64,000 nucleotides of DNA from an uncultured Planctomycetota bacterium. Lineage in GTDB: Bacteria; Planctomycetota; Planctomycetia; Isosphaerales; Isosphaeraceae. The DNA is taken from positions 64,001 to 128,000 of the forward strand of contig CAWJTV010000022.1 of NCBI GenBank assembly GCA_963845755.1, written 5' to 3'. This document shows positions 21,060 to 33,383 of this stretch, piece by piece. The notes below the pieces were generated by a model that saw only the letters and a program-made list of their open reading frames with translations, searched no databases and had not been told where the DNA came from. A program made the translations under genes and the position numbers. Each line of letters opens with the position of its first letter. The first letter of the stretch is position 1.

Positions 21060-22004
21060 TCATTCGATCTTCACGCCCGGCAGCAGCGTTTGCAATCGGT
21101 TCCGCCGATCTTCGGGGATGCCGATGTGAAGGGTCTTCAGATTCTTCAGCTCGCGAAGCTTCGCAATGCCCTCGTCGCTGACGTGCCAGCCGTCCAGGCC
21201 GAGATGTTCCAGGTTTTTCATGCCCGTCAAGGACTCGAGGCCCGCGTCGGAGATCTGCGGGTGCATCTCGTCGAGAGACAGGTATTTCAGGCGCGTGAGT
21301 TTCTCGAGGTGGGCGAGACCCCGGTCGGAAAAGCCCGCGCCGCCGACCCGCAACTCTTCCAGGTTCGTCAACGTCCCGAACGCTTCCAGGCTGGCGTCCG
21401 TCATCTTCGAATTGTCAACCTCGAGGATGCGAAGCCGCTTGAGCCCCGAGAGGTGCATGAACCCCTTGTCCGTGAGGTGGAACCCCCACCCGATGCTCAG
21501 TTCCTCGAGGCCCATCATCTGACCCACGTAGGACAGGTTCTCGTCGGTGACTTGCTCGGCGCCGATTTGCAGCGTTCTCACGCGCGATTGCGTGGCGACC
21601 TTGCGCAAGGCGTCGTCGGCCGGGCCCATGTTCACCCATTTGGCGTCCGCAGACCCCTTCTTGATGTCAACATAGAGGCTCACATGAACGATCGATTGAA
21701 AATACTCATCGCCGAACGCGCGCCTCAACCAGTCGGGCGCCCACGGCTTTCGGTTGGCGGTGAATTTGCCCCAGGACGGCATCCAGAGCCGATTGCCTCG
21801 CGGGACCTTGACGGGCCCGTTGACGAACTCCCAGTCGTAATGAACGAAGCCGCCGAACTTCTGGAGCGCCGCCACGGCTTCGCGCTGTTAACGCGCCTTG
21901 CCGACGATCCAACCCAGCCACAAGGCGATCGCGAGCACGAGCAGTAACAGCCCGCGAAGGCTGATGGTCTTCCAGCGTGCTTTCGGCCTGTTCTCCCGGT
22001 TCAT
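21060..22004 (-). pseudogene. Membrane-anchored leucine-rich repeat protein with in-frame TAA at 21888-21890
   Basis: MNRENRPKARWKTISLRGLLLLVLAIALWLGWIVGKAR*QREAVAALQKFGG..., followed by LxxLxxLxxLxL/TDxGL repeats in the same frame. Confidence 0.75.
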
Positions 22005-22097
22005 GCCCGCGATCATAGACCACGAACGATTTCGGAGCAAGCGACGGCCGAGGCAAGCCATTTCGTTCGGACTTATGGAATGACCGAAAGAGGGCCC

Positions 22098-25000
22098 TCA
22101 CGGCAAGGTGGAGTAGAAGAGGATCTGGGCGGCGATCTTCAGGGCGCTCTCGTAGGTATAGCCCTTACAGTCGATTGCCGAGTTCCGCCCCAGGGCGCAG
22201 ACTGATGTCAAACTTCGAGTAGATGATGGCCCAGTGGCCCTTGATCTTCACGCCCTCGAGTTGCGGGAAACCTTTCCCGCCGCCGGCCGCCTTGGTGTAC
22301 TGCAACTGCGACAGGTCGAATCCCACCTTGTTCGTATACAAGTCGTCCGTCTGTGGGATCGGCACCAGCGGGTTGTTGGGTAACAACTCGACCACGAACT
22401 TCCGGAACGTGGCGTCGAACGCCGGGCTGCCGCAGGCCGCGTCAGCAAGGAGTGTCCCGCCACCGGGATCGAGATGTCGCCGCAGGGCCTCAAGGTCTTC
22501 TCGGGGGAAGGAGAACGCACCGCGCCCGCTGATCGTGATCAGTGGGTAATAGACCAGGTTGGGGTCGCGGGGAAAGAGAGGTTTCTGGGTCAGGGCGACT
22601 TCCAAACCGAACGGGGGCTTGCGAAGTGCGTCCGCGAGGGTCGGAATGGCCTGGGGCGCGATGTCCCAATCGCCGGCGTGCTTGAGCTTGGCGATCCGCA
22701 GGGCGACCCGTGGTGGGACCCGCTTCGGCGCATTCACCCGGATGCCCCGGATTTCAGGCATGGTGAGCTTGTCGGGTGGGACCTCGCGACTCGTCGCAAA
22801 ATCGATAACGTTCTGGCCGACCTTGATCGCCCGGATGACCGCCGGGTTGGCCGGACTCTGCTCGGACTGGTTCCAGAAGCAGGACAGGTCCTTCGGGGAG
22901 TAGACGACCGCGGTCCGCCCGCCTTGCTGGATGCCCCAGAGGGGGTGAATCTCCGCGTTCAGAACATGGTGGGCCCGCCAGATCGGATGGTCGTCGGCCA
23001 ACGGTCGAAGGTGCTCCGACTGTTCGGGGAACAGCTCGTTCATCAACTTCCGGAAGCCCCCGTCGAACTCGGCGCTGCCGCAGCAGGCTTCGGCCAGGAT
23101 GAATCCTCCGCGCTCGACATACAGGCGCAGATTCTGCTTCTCGGCGGCGGTGAACTCCGGGGCCTTGTGGCCATTGATGAAGAGGATCGGGGCCTGGAGT
23201 AAATCCGGGACCGCCGCGGTAGCGGGATCGACCACCTGCCAGGTCAGCAGATTCTTCCAGTCGCGGGAGATGATGCCCACGAGGTTGCGGATATCGTCGG
23301 TATCGTTGTTCCAGTCGTTGACCGGCGCGTGGGAGAGCTTGTTGATCAGGACGGGCGCCCGCCCCTTGGTCAGGAACAGCAGCGCGAAGCTCGTTGCGAT
23401 CAGCTCGTTCTCCTGGTTGGCTCCGCGCCAGGAACCCGTCAGCGCGTTTTGCTCGCGAACGAGCTCCTCAGCACCCTCGCGGTACCAGTCGTGCTTGCCG
23501 AAGAAGCGGACGCCGGAGAGCCGGCCGGCCCTCTCCAGCCCGTAGAGGTAATAGTACCTCCAGACCTGGCCGCTACCGAAGTTCTGGCCCACCTGGAAGT
23601 GGCTCGCCAGCCAATCGAGGCCAAGGAGCAGCTTGGTGTTGTAACCGCCCTTACCGCAGTCCCGGATTGCCTCGCCGTCGAGATGCTCGAGTCCTTCGTA
23701 GTTCTTCGAGCCGGTGATGATCAGGCTGGAGATCCCGGCGCAGGTCATGCTCCCGGTGAACAGGTTATGACGGGGCGTGTACCCCCAGCCGCCGTCTCGA
23801 TTCTGGAATTTCTCGAAATACTGACGGGACGCCAGCCAGACCTTCGGGTCGACGATGATGCCCACCTCCCTGGCAGCCTTGAGGCCCATCAAGGCGTACT
23901 GGGTATTGGAGTTATCGCCGGCCTGGTACTTGTTGCCGGAATACGTCCAGGTCCCGGGCCAGCCTACCCGGTCGCCGACCTTGATCTGCGCGGCTTCCAG
24001 CCAGTCGACGTTGGCCGCGATCAGGAGGAGATCGCGCTCTGGATCCGCGGCGGCGAAGACCTGGGTTTGCAAGGAGATCGCGTACGTGGAGCGCAGGTGA
24101 TCGGGGCCGAAATTTCGGAGGTAGTCGAGTGCCTTCCGGACCGAGGGCGTGTCGGGCTTCTCGCCGGCCGACAGGAGCGCCAGGGTCACCAGGCTGGTCG
24201 TCCCCGTGTTGGCCTGTTTCTCGACCTCGGGCCAGGAGCCGTCTGCCCACTGCTGTGCCTTGAGGAACCGAACTCCATTCTGGATGGCGAGTTCCACTTG
24301 GATCCCGAGCGCCGATTGACGACGTTCGGTGGCCGCCACGATCGGGTTTCCCCGGGCTCCGTCGGGAATTGACGGCGGACTCGCGGGGCTGCCAGGATTG
24401 GTCTTGAGGACGCTCGTGACATCGCTCCTGGGAACGATCGGGGCTTTCGGCTCGGGCGCCTTGGCCTTGCTGGTGCTGGCCACCTCGTGGGGTTGGGGCT
24501 CGATCTCCTGGGTACGCCGGCCTTGCGGGCCGGCCAGCGTCATCACGAGGATCATTACCCACGCGCAGGCGGCCAGGGCCACGACCGCCGCGAACCCAAG
24601 CTTGGCCAGGAGAATCGCGCCCAACTCCTGTTGCAAGAGCAGGGCGATCGATGGGGAAACGGACGCCGAGACCGGCCCGGCCGTCGGGGCGGTGACCAGG
24701 GCGGCGCCGCGTGGTGGATACGGCGAGTGCCAGCGGCACGGGTGCCCCGGCGGCGGGCCTCGCGGCCAGCGCGAGAGCGGGCGCCAGGCCCCGCCGCGTC
24801 AGGCGGCGTTCCAGTCGCCGACGGCCCCGCACCAACCGGCTCTTGACGGTCCCGACCGGCCAGCGGAGGCGCTGCGCCGCCTCTTCGTGCGAGAGGCCCT
24901 CGAAGGCGCAGAGCAGGATCGGCAAGCGCTGGGTGTTGCTCAGCCGGTCGATCTCCTCATGGACGATGGCACAGAGTTCATCCCGTTCCGCGTCGTCGGT

Positions 25001-25396
25001 GGCCGGGACGGCGATCTCGCCGGATTCGGGGCGTTCGCGCCGATTGCGCCGGCAGAGGTCGACCCGGGCGCAGAGCGCGACCCGGCGGGCCACGCGATGG
25101 AGCCATCCCGCCAGCGCATCCGGATCGTGGATCGAGCGCGCCCGGCGGGCCAGCAGCAAGAACGTCGCCTGGAACGCATCCTCGGCCAGGTGGCGGTCGG
25201 CCAGCAGATGGCGACAGACGCGCAGCACCATCGGCCCATGCCGCTCGACCAGGGTCGCGAACGCCGCCTCGGATGTCTCACCACCGTGGGCGAACTGATC
25301 GAGCAAGCCGCGATCGGGCGTTGCACCCAGCGCCCCGATGTCGAAGAGCGTGCGAATCTGCTTGTCCAGAGCGATCGCCGAATCCCGGTTTGACAT
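22098..25396 (-). CDS. ECF sigma factor fused via TM helix to a prenyltransferase/squalene-oxidase-repeat domain and two DUF4159-like domains (frameshifts ~24700, ~22200)
   Basis: Sigma regions 2/4: AAFATLVERHGPMVLRVC..AEDAFQATFLLL..GLSHEEAA..GTVKSRL. TM helix; QWADGSW, GDNSNTQYA, FQNRDGGWGY, YYYLYGLER repeats; two GGF(I/L)(L)A(E/D)A.CGS..FD domains. Confidence 0.8.
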
Positions 25397-25553
25397 GAGC
25401 TCGCTCGTCCATTCCCGGTTTCGAACCTTCTTTCCCGATCCTACCTCCATTGAGGCGCGCTCGGCGACAAAAGGTCCCGATTTTTCCAGAGAACCGCGAG
25501 AGAGTGCAACCGGAACGGATGAGGCCGAGTCGTCGCCTGTTCCGTGAAGCGAT

Positions 25554-26207
25554 TCAGGATCGCGAGCCGAAGTAGAACCCAACGACCGCCGCGAGGATAT
25601 GCTCCGGGCCGAAACGCCCGACGTGGACCCAGGGTTTGAAGAACTCGTCGATCTGCGCCGTGGGAACGATCAGGTACAGGCGATTTACGACCAGGAACAC
25701 GAGAAGCCCGGCAGCGGCCAGCGAGACCACGGCACGAACATCCTCGACGAGGCGCGGCGGTTGGTGACCCCGGTCCCGCCACCAAGCCATCACCGTGTTC
25801 AACGCCGCTCCCAGCAGGAACCCACCCACAAGGAGGAGGGTGACGACGCCTCGGTTCTGATCGAGCGACGTTAGTCGCCCGTTCTGAAAAAGGAGAACGG
25901 CCAGCGCGACCGAACCGCCCACAAGGAGCAACCGTACGCTGCCTCGCGGGAGAAACAAGGGTGGAGGGCCCTGCTCCTGGACCTCAGGGGCGCGGCGTCG
26001 CGCGGCGAAATAATGCCCCATGATGATAAACAGCAGGCCGCTGAGATAGTCCGGAACTTCTTCGGTCGGGTGGATCCAGAGCAGGCCCCAGACAGTTGCG
26101 AACATCAAGATCGCGAGCAGGGCTCGGATACTGCCCGACGGTAGGCCCAACGCATGGACCGTCCGCCAATCGACCAGGGGCTCGGAATTCGGCGTTTCCT
26201 GACGCAT
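25554..26207 (-). CDS. Integral membrane hypothetical protein
   Basis: About 6 hydrophobic helices; internal repeat LGLPSGSIRALL / LFLPRGSVRLLL; ends VVGFYFGSRS. Confidence 0.75.
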   Translation of the reverse strand: MRQETPNSEPLVDWRTVHALGLPSGSIRALLAILMFATVWGLLWIHPTEEVPDYLSGLLFIIMGHYFAARRRAPEVQEQGPPPLFLPRGSVRLLLVGGSVALAVLLFQNGRLTSLDQNRGVVTLLLVGGFLLGAALNTVMAWWRDRGHQPPRLVEDVRAVVSLAAAGLLVFLVVNRLYLIVPTAQIDEFFKPWVHVGRFGPEHILAAVVGFYFGSRS

Positions 26208-26725
26208 AGAGCTGCCTCACATTGAGATCTTCTCAACAACTCGATTCTCTGATGCTATTCGTCCGACGCACCGATTATCTTCGTCATCACCGAGTCGAAT
26301 ATCGACAGGATCAGGGTATGACCTGCGTTAGCCAGAGGCTCCTCACAGGACCGCGAACACCCCTTACACCATCCACGCATTCATGGATGAACTCTGGCCT
26401 TTAGCCTGAGAATCCCCCTGAGTTCATGGGGGGGCGAGTGGGGCATCGATCTGCCTCGGGATCGTTGAAACCGTCGAGACAGGGGCATCGGCGTGGAGAT
26501 CGGTCAACACCCACCTGGGCCGCGGCGAGGCTCGGCTTTACGCTCGGCGCCGGGGTCGAGTATGATGCTTGCTATCGAGCGACTCGCGGTAGATCGTTGT
26601 GAAGCGAGGCGACAGCACGAGACAGAAACGTAGCGCACAACCCTCCGAATTGGCTTATTGTCGAGTCGGGGAAACTGGACCTCCGAGACGGCCGATCGAT
26701 CCTGAATTATTGAGGCAATCACACG

Positions 26726-27350
26726 ATGCTTGGTGCGAAGCTGGGGATTTCGGATTATTTGACTCGGGTCTGCCAGGAGATCCAGCGGCTGGATCCGGCG
26801 CAGGTCGAGAACGTCAGCGAGCTGGTCGAGGCCGTCTACGACGACGGTCGATTCGTGTTCATCATCGGCAATGGCGGCTCGGGTGCCAATGCCTCGCACC
26901 TGTGCGAGGATCTGGCCAAGTGCACGCTCCGCGACTTCGAAATCGCAGAAGCGGCTGAAGGTCCTGAGCCTGACGGACAACACCGCCGGCATCATGGCCT
27001 GGGCCAACGATGAGGGTTACGACCGGATCTTCCTGGAGCAGCTCAAGAACCTGGCCTCGCCGGGGGACCTGCTGCTAGCCATCTCCGGCTCGGGCAACAG
27101 CCCCAATATCCTCAAGGCCGTCGACTGGGCCAACGAGCACGGACTGACGACCGTGGGGTTCACGGGTTTCTCGGGGGGCAAGCTCAAGAACCTGGCCCAC
27201 CACAATGTCCATGCGGCGATCGATGATATGGGGATCGTCGAATCGTTGCACCAGGTCGTCTTCCACTGGATCATCGACGACCTCTACCGCCGTTTCTCCG
27301 CCAAGGAGCTCGCCCACGCGGGTGCCGGAGCGATCGGATCGCATGGCTGA
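26726..27350 (+). CDS. SIS-domain sugar-phosphate isomerase (GmhA/phosphoheptose isomerase-like; frameshift ~26940)
   Basis: [38 protein letters not shown] and ESLH. Confidence 0.85.
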
Positions 27351-28337
27351 AGATGCCTGGGTCCTGGGGATCGAGATCGGCGGGACCAAGCTGCAGCTCG
27401 GGATCGGCCGGGGCCAGGGCGAGCTCGTGGGACTGGAACGGCTCCCCGTCAACCCATCCCGTCATGCCACAGGCATCCTGGACCAAATCCAGCAGGTTTT
27501 CCCGAGCCTGCTCCGGGGCGCCCAGTTGACCTGCTCGCAAATCCAGGCCGCCGGTGTCGGCTTTGGCGGGCCGGTTGACACGGAAAACGGCGTCGTTCAG
27601 AAGTCCTATCAGATTGCCGGCTGGGATGATTTCCCGCTGGGTGCCTGGATCCGCGAGCATCTGAAGGTCCCTCGAGTCCTCGTTCATAACGACGCCGATA
27701 CGGCCGGTCTGGGTGAAGCTCGGTTCGGTGCGGGGCGCGGCTACTCACCCCTGCTGTACATGACCGTCGGCAGCGGGATCGGCGGCGCCCTGATCATCGG
27801 GGACCGGATCTATCGGGGCTTCGGCAAGGGTGCGGGCGAGATCGGGCACATGCGCGTGGTTGATGTCGCGCGGCCGGGCGCCCCCCCGCCGAACTGGAGC
27901 AGGTCGCCTCCGGCTGGGCCATCGCTCATGCCGCCCAGGATCATGCACGGATGATGATCGAAGCGCGAGGTGAGTGGGAGGTCCTGGATCGGGCCTGCGG
28001 CGATCCGAGCCAGATCACGACCGTTCTGGTCGCCCAGGCCGCCCGAGAGGGAGACTCCGAGTCGGCGATGATCCTGGCGCGCGCACACTCGGCGATCGCG
28101 TTCGCCCTCGTACAGGCCATCGCGCTGGTCGCACCCAGGCGAATCGTCATGGGGGGTGGCGTCTCCCTGATCGGCGAGGCCGAGTGGTTCGACCCGATCC
28201 GTCGCCTCGTCGAGCAGGAGGTCTTCCCCCCCTTTCGAGGCGGTTTCGAGATCGTTCCGGCCGCGCTGGGCGAGGAAGTCGTCGTCCATGGAGCACTTGC
28301 CCTAGCTCGCGATGCCGTCTCCGACCGAACTTGTTGA
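27343..28337 (+). CDS. ROK family sugar kinase (frameshift ~27890)
   Basis: [42 protein letters not shown] and IVMGGGVS. Confidence 0.88.
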
Positions 28338-29181
28338 GAATCTTCAACACGCGTTCCCTTCTGGCCACGGACGCCCCGCCCTGCCCCTCCACCACCCTCT
28401 GTCCTCGTGCCCTACTCTTGACAAGGGTGAAACCAAGCATACATAATTGGGTAGATGTCGCGGTTATTGGGGAAATTGACCTGGTGAAACGATTTCGAGA
28501 GTAACTTAGTCTAAATAGAAGAACCAAAGGAAGTTAGGGAATGGATCAGGGATTGGCGATCATTTTGTTCAGGATTATTGCCGCGTTCTGATCGGCATCG
28601 AGAGAGGGATGTACAATATTGTTGGTTAGGTGATGAATATGCAGCAGGTCTTCAGCGACTGTTCCGTGGGTGGGACCGATGTCGGTATAGGGTAGGTTGA
28701 GCCACGGTTGATCGCTGCGAACCCCTGCGAAGGCTTGGACACGTTCTCGGACCGGGAGTGAGCGAGGGTCGAAGATTGCCCTGGGGACGGATCTGCGACT
28801 TGCACCGGCAGCACTTTCCGAGAAAAACGCTGGGGAACGTCCGCATCGGCGCTTCTTTTGCCCATGTGGGAAGTAGAAGCCTTGAGAAGTCCTTGGATCC
28901 GCCTAATATCTAGGCAAGCCCGCTCGTTCGGAGGTCAGGTCTCGGGATGCGAAGTTGACGTTCGGAGACTTGAACCAAATCGATTTCCAGTTCGTCTATA
29001 CGATTAGTGCCCGATCGAGGATAATCCGAAAGCCGAGGGTTAATTTCAGGACGAATGACATGCGAATAGCCTGATTCGAGGATCGAGTACCGGCGGTTTT
29101 GCGGAGGGTGAGGGCAAGATTCCGAAGCGTGCCTCGAATTACTTACGGATGGCCTCTTTTTTCCTGCTGAAGGGGCACACC

Positions 29182-29424
29182 ATGACGGCAAAATTGGCAG
29201 AAACCCAACTGTGGCAGCAAAATCTCGCATCGCTGATCCGGTCGGGTCTCTTTTCCAAGGCGGCAATCGGCGAGATGAACGGTTTGTACACGGTGGTCGG
29301 TGTCTACGCGGACGAGACGCGTTCGGCACCGTTGGCCAAGTACTCCGATCTGAGACGTGCGAACGATGCTGCTGATCTCGTCAATCGCATCTCGATGGTT
29401 CGGCAGTCGATCGAGTCGAACTGA
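29182..29424 (+). CDS. Small hypothetical protein
   Basis: 80-aa ORF with AAGGGG RBS and protein-like composition (WQQNLASLIRSGLF..ETRSAPLAKY). Confidence 0.6.
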   Translation: MTAKLAETQLWQQNLASLIRSGLFSKAAIGEMNGLYTVVGVYADETRSAPLAKYSDLRRANDAADLVNRISMVRQSIESN

Positions 29425-29589
29425 ACCGAGTGGGTCCGTAGGACCGGGAACCCTCAACGACCATGGCCTCCCGCAGGACGCGGACCGAGGCCATGGTTTT
29501 TTTCGTCCAGGTCGGCCGGGGTCGCGCGACGGCGATCCCGCATGTTGGGAACGGCTCGGTTTCGTCGGCAGGAGGCGCGGATCGCGGTC

Positions 29590-31522
29590 ATGGATGCCAC
29601 GGCCTGGCGGAAGAAGCGGATCGTGATGGTGGTGCTCGGCACCCTGGTGGGGCGCTGGAGCGACCCGACGCCGGGATCCACCGTTTTCCCGTCCCCTCAA
29701 GAGACCGTCCGGGCGATAGGCCGCCGCCTGAGCCAATCGTGTTCGGAGCGCGAGCTGACCGCGATCGCGACGCACGCCGCGGCGATCCTGGATCGCCTGC
29801 AACCCGGCGAGCGGGCCGCCCTGGGGCGGGACTACCTCCGGCTGAACGTGGATCGTCCGGTCGTCGTGGATGTGGCTGTCCCGATCGGTTCCATCCCGTT
29901 CTGGCTGGGAGATCGCGGCTTCCGCATCACGGATCAGGAGCTGGTCAATCCCGACACGAGCTGGCGGCTCTATCGACGCATCTTCGATCGCGGACGCATC
30001 GAGCTGGGAGTCAACGGACTCGATCGGACTCCCGCGGCGCATTACGTGGTCTTCCTCAGGCCGATCGGGAAGGACCCGGCCAACGGAGGCCGGCCGGTCG
30101 TCACGCTCGCCGCCGGACAGGAGGCGAGCTGGAGGATCCTCATCGCCCGACCTGGAGTGAGTGCAGCGTTCGACGCCTGGAAGCCCTTCGCGGCGCTTCC
30201 CCAGGAGCTCGATGGTGCCGTCATGCTCCAGGCCTCGCACGACCGCCGGCACTCGGTCCTGCTCGCCACCGGCCGAGTCTGGAAGACCCATGTCGTCGCC
30301 GGCCAGCAGCCCGATCAGGTCGCGATCGCCTTCGGCGCCGATCCGCGCGAGAGCTGGTCTGGACCTGGCGGACATCGCCGGACGTCAGGACGACGGCCGT
30401 GCGGGTCGTGCGATCCTCACGCGGCGCGGATCGGAAGAGGCCGCCGGGATGGGAACCGCGCCCGGAGGCGGTCCGGATCGTCGGTGGTGACTCGACGTGC
30501 CTCGACGTGCCGAGCGTGCTGAACGATCCGGTCGTCCGTGAACACCGGGTCAGGGTCTCGGGCCTGGAGCCCGATACGGTTTACGACTACTCCCTCGGAG
30601 ACGGGACTCCCCGGGGGTGGGGACCCTGGAAGTCGGCAAAGACCGCTCCGGCCCGCGGGCGTCCGATCCGGTTCCTCTACCTGGGGGATGCCCAGACGGG
30701 GCTGGCGGCTGGGGACAGCTCCTGGAAACGGCCGCCCGCGCGCACCCGGACCTCGACTTCCTGATGCTGGCCGGCGACCTCGTCGATCGGGGAAACGAGC
30801 GGACCAACTGGGACCATTTCTTCCTCCGGGCCGCGCCGGTCTTTGACCATCTGCCGTTGATGCCCTGCGCGGGCAACCACGAGTATCTCGACGTCGGTCC
30901 GCGCTGGTATCGTGCCGTCTTCGAGCTACCGCACAACGGACCGCCGGGTATCGAGCCGGATCTGGTCTACTCATTCGAGGTGGGGGAGGCGTGCGTGGCG
31001 GTGCTCGACAGCACGCGCGCCGTCTGGGATCCGTCCACCGCGCGTGCGACAGGCGGAGTGGCTCGACCGGACATTCGCGAGGACTCGCGCGGCGTGGAAG
31101 CTCGTGATGTTCCATCATCCGGTCTACCCCTCGCATCCCTCGCGCGATATGCCCGCCCTGCGCCAGGACTGGGTGCCAACCTTCGACAAGCACCGTGTCA
31201 ACCTGGTCCTCCAGGGACACGATCACGCCTATCAGCGGACTTATCCGCTCCGCGCGCACCATCGCGTCGAACGGCCCGGCCAGGGGACGGTTTATGTGAT
31301 CGCCGTCTCCGGAGACAAGTACGTGGACCTGTCCCCGCGACGTACGTCGAAGTCGGCTTTACCGGTGTCTCGACCTATCAGACGATCGAGATCGACCCGG
31401 AATCAAATCGCCTCAGCTATCGAGCCTGGACCGAGGACCGTCGGATGATCGACGAGTTCACGATCGAGAAGCCCGCGCGTCGCGGCCTGATCTCCAGGAC
31501 CGACGGCCGCAGCGGGCAATGA
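29590..31522 (+). CDS. Purple-acid-phosphatase-like metallophosphoesterase with FN3-like domain (several frameshifts; start uncertain)
   Basis: HRVRVSGLEPDTVYDY, FLYLGDAQ, AGDLVD, GNHE, FHHPVY and LQGHDHAYQRT. Confidence 0.8.
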
Positions 31523-31577
31523 TGTCTAGAAAGAACTCGCCGCCGTGGGGCATTCTCGCAGTCGATCGCCCCCGGAG

Positions 31578-32594
31578 TCAGTGGGCGCGTTGCCGATAGG
31601 TATCGAGCCAATCCTTACCGGTCTCCTTCGTCAACCCGGCGAACGCGGCGTCGATTGTGGACTTCGACGGCCGACCCGCCTTCTCGCGGGTCATACCCTC
31701 CTCGGCCATGGATTGGGCGATCCTGCCCCAATCGTTCGAGCCCAGTCCGTAGGAGAGAGCGGCATAATACCAGACCCGTGCATCGTCCGGATGCGACGAC
31801 AACAGCTTCCGGAACAGGCGGTAGGCATCCGGGTATCGTTTCTCGCGGAACTGGCTGATGCCCGACTCGAGCGACGCCTCGGCAGACGCCTCGCCTTTCT
31901 CCAAGGAGGTCGAACGCGCCCTCGGCTCCTTCGGCCTTTTGAGTACGATCGACGACGGGCGACCCCTCCCGACCCCGGCCGCCCGGCGCACGATCCTGTG
32001 CGAAGGACACCTGTTGTCGGAGATCTTCAAACTTGTTGTTGAGTTCCGTGACCTTCTTCTCGTATTGCACGAGTTGTTCGTGCAATGGGTTGACTTGCTT
32101 CCCGATCGCCTCGACCTGCTGCGAGAGCTGGCCGACCTGGGCAATCTTCTCCTGAATCGGCCCCAGATCGGGAACGGCCGCCGATTTTGGCAATGCATCC
32201 AACCGCTCTTGAAGTTGCTTGTAATGATCGGAGAGGCTCTTGCATTCCTCGGATAGTTTTTTCGCGATCATCCAGACGAGCAACGTCCTTCGGAATCTCC
32301 GAATCCCGGCCCGTCGGACTCACCGAGGAGTTCCCGCCCCTCGACGTCGCCAGGTAGCGGTCGTATGCCCAGGCGCCGGCACCGCCGCAAACCAACGCAA
32401 CCACGGCGGAAATCAGGAGCATGCCCGCGCCAGTGCTCCCACTGCGCCGGCGGTCTCCTTATGGACGATTCCTGTCCCATATTCACATTGAGCCTCCCTG
32501 TATCGCCCATTCCGGGGGCATTCCGACTGCGATCCCCAGGGATCGGATCGATGGGAACTCGCCCAGTCACGTCTTGTTCCGTGGCTTCGGCCAT
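31578..32594 (-). CDS. Membrane-anchored coiled-coil protein with C-terminal TPR-like domain (frameshifts)
   Basis: TM segment LLISAVVALVCGGAGAWAY; coiled coil; PDDARVWYYAALSYGL. Confidence 0.65.
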
Positions 32595-32973
32595 GGAAAT
32601 GCCTCCTGTCGTGCAGGGAATCCCATGTGGAAGTGCGGATGTCCCTATGAGATGGCGCGGACGGTCGAGAGAATCTCCAGGTCGGACTTGCCTGCGAATC
32701 CGATGCCGTTTTCACACTGGACGAGCCGAAGCGATCCCCCACGCTTGGGTGTCACCTCGCGACCTGTGCGGGGGACCCAGGGTCAAACATTGTTGGCTCA
32801 TGTGGGGAGTTCCGAGGGAAAACAAGGATGGCCGGGGCCGTGCCATCGGCTCTGGTCGCCGAACCCTGGTCTCTCACTCTCAGGGCCTTCAGGCGTGCCC
32901 TCCGTCTGACGCCGGCCGAGTGCCCATTGATTCTCTTCGCTGACCGCGTCGTAGAAACCCGCGCGTCGATGAC

Positions 32974-33008
32974 TTGTCACGTTGGTAGCAAATTGCTACC
33001 ATTGAGGT
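32974..33008 (+). promoter_or_regulatory. Sigma70 promoter with overlapping operator palindrome
   Basis: TTGTCA-N17-TACCAT, ending 6 nt before the ATG at 33009; inverted repeat TGGTAGCAA-A-TTGCTACCA (32983-33001). Confidence 0.65.
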
Positions 33009-33383
33009 ATGAGTCAACCGGTCAAGATATCTGATGAACTCATCCTCGATGCCCGACTGACGGCGGAGATCGCGGAGCGCTCAATCGCCGGTCAGATCGA
33101 GTTCTGGGCCCAACTCGGCCGAGCGATCGAACCCTTGCTCGAGGGCTCCCGAGCACTCGCCCTCCGGCGGGCCGGCGCAGCCGTGCCGCTTTCCGAGTGC
33201 CTGGCCTCGGTGGATTCGGCTACGGGCCGCCGGCGTGTGGTGGAATACCTCGACTTGAGGCCGTTTCCCCACTATCAGCCGGTTCCAGGCTCGCCGGGCG
33301 TGGTGGTCCGCGTCGCTGCCGATGGCACGCGAACCGTGGGGCGATTCGTGGGTCGGGAATTCCAGGCGGTCGCATGCCCCTGA
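33009..33383 (+). CDS. ParD-like antitoxin family protein
   Basis: MSQPVKISDELILDAR..RSIAGQIEFWAQLGRAIE RHH-like N-terminus; overlaps the downstream toxin-like gene. Confidence 0.75.
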   Translation: MSQPVKISDELILDARLTAEIAERSIAGQIEFWAQLGRAIEPLLEGSRALALRRAGAAVPLSECLASVDSATGRRRVVEYLDLRPFPHYQPVPGSPGVVVRVAADGTRTVGRFVGREFQAVACP

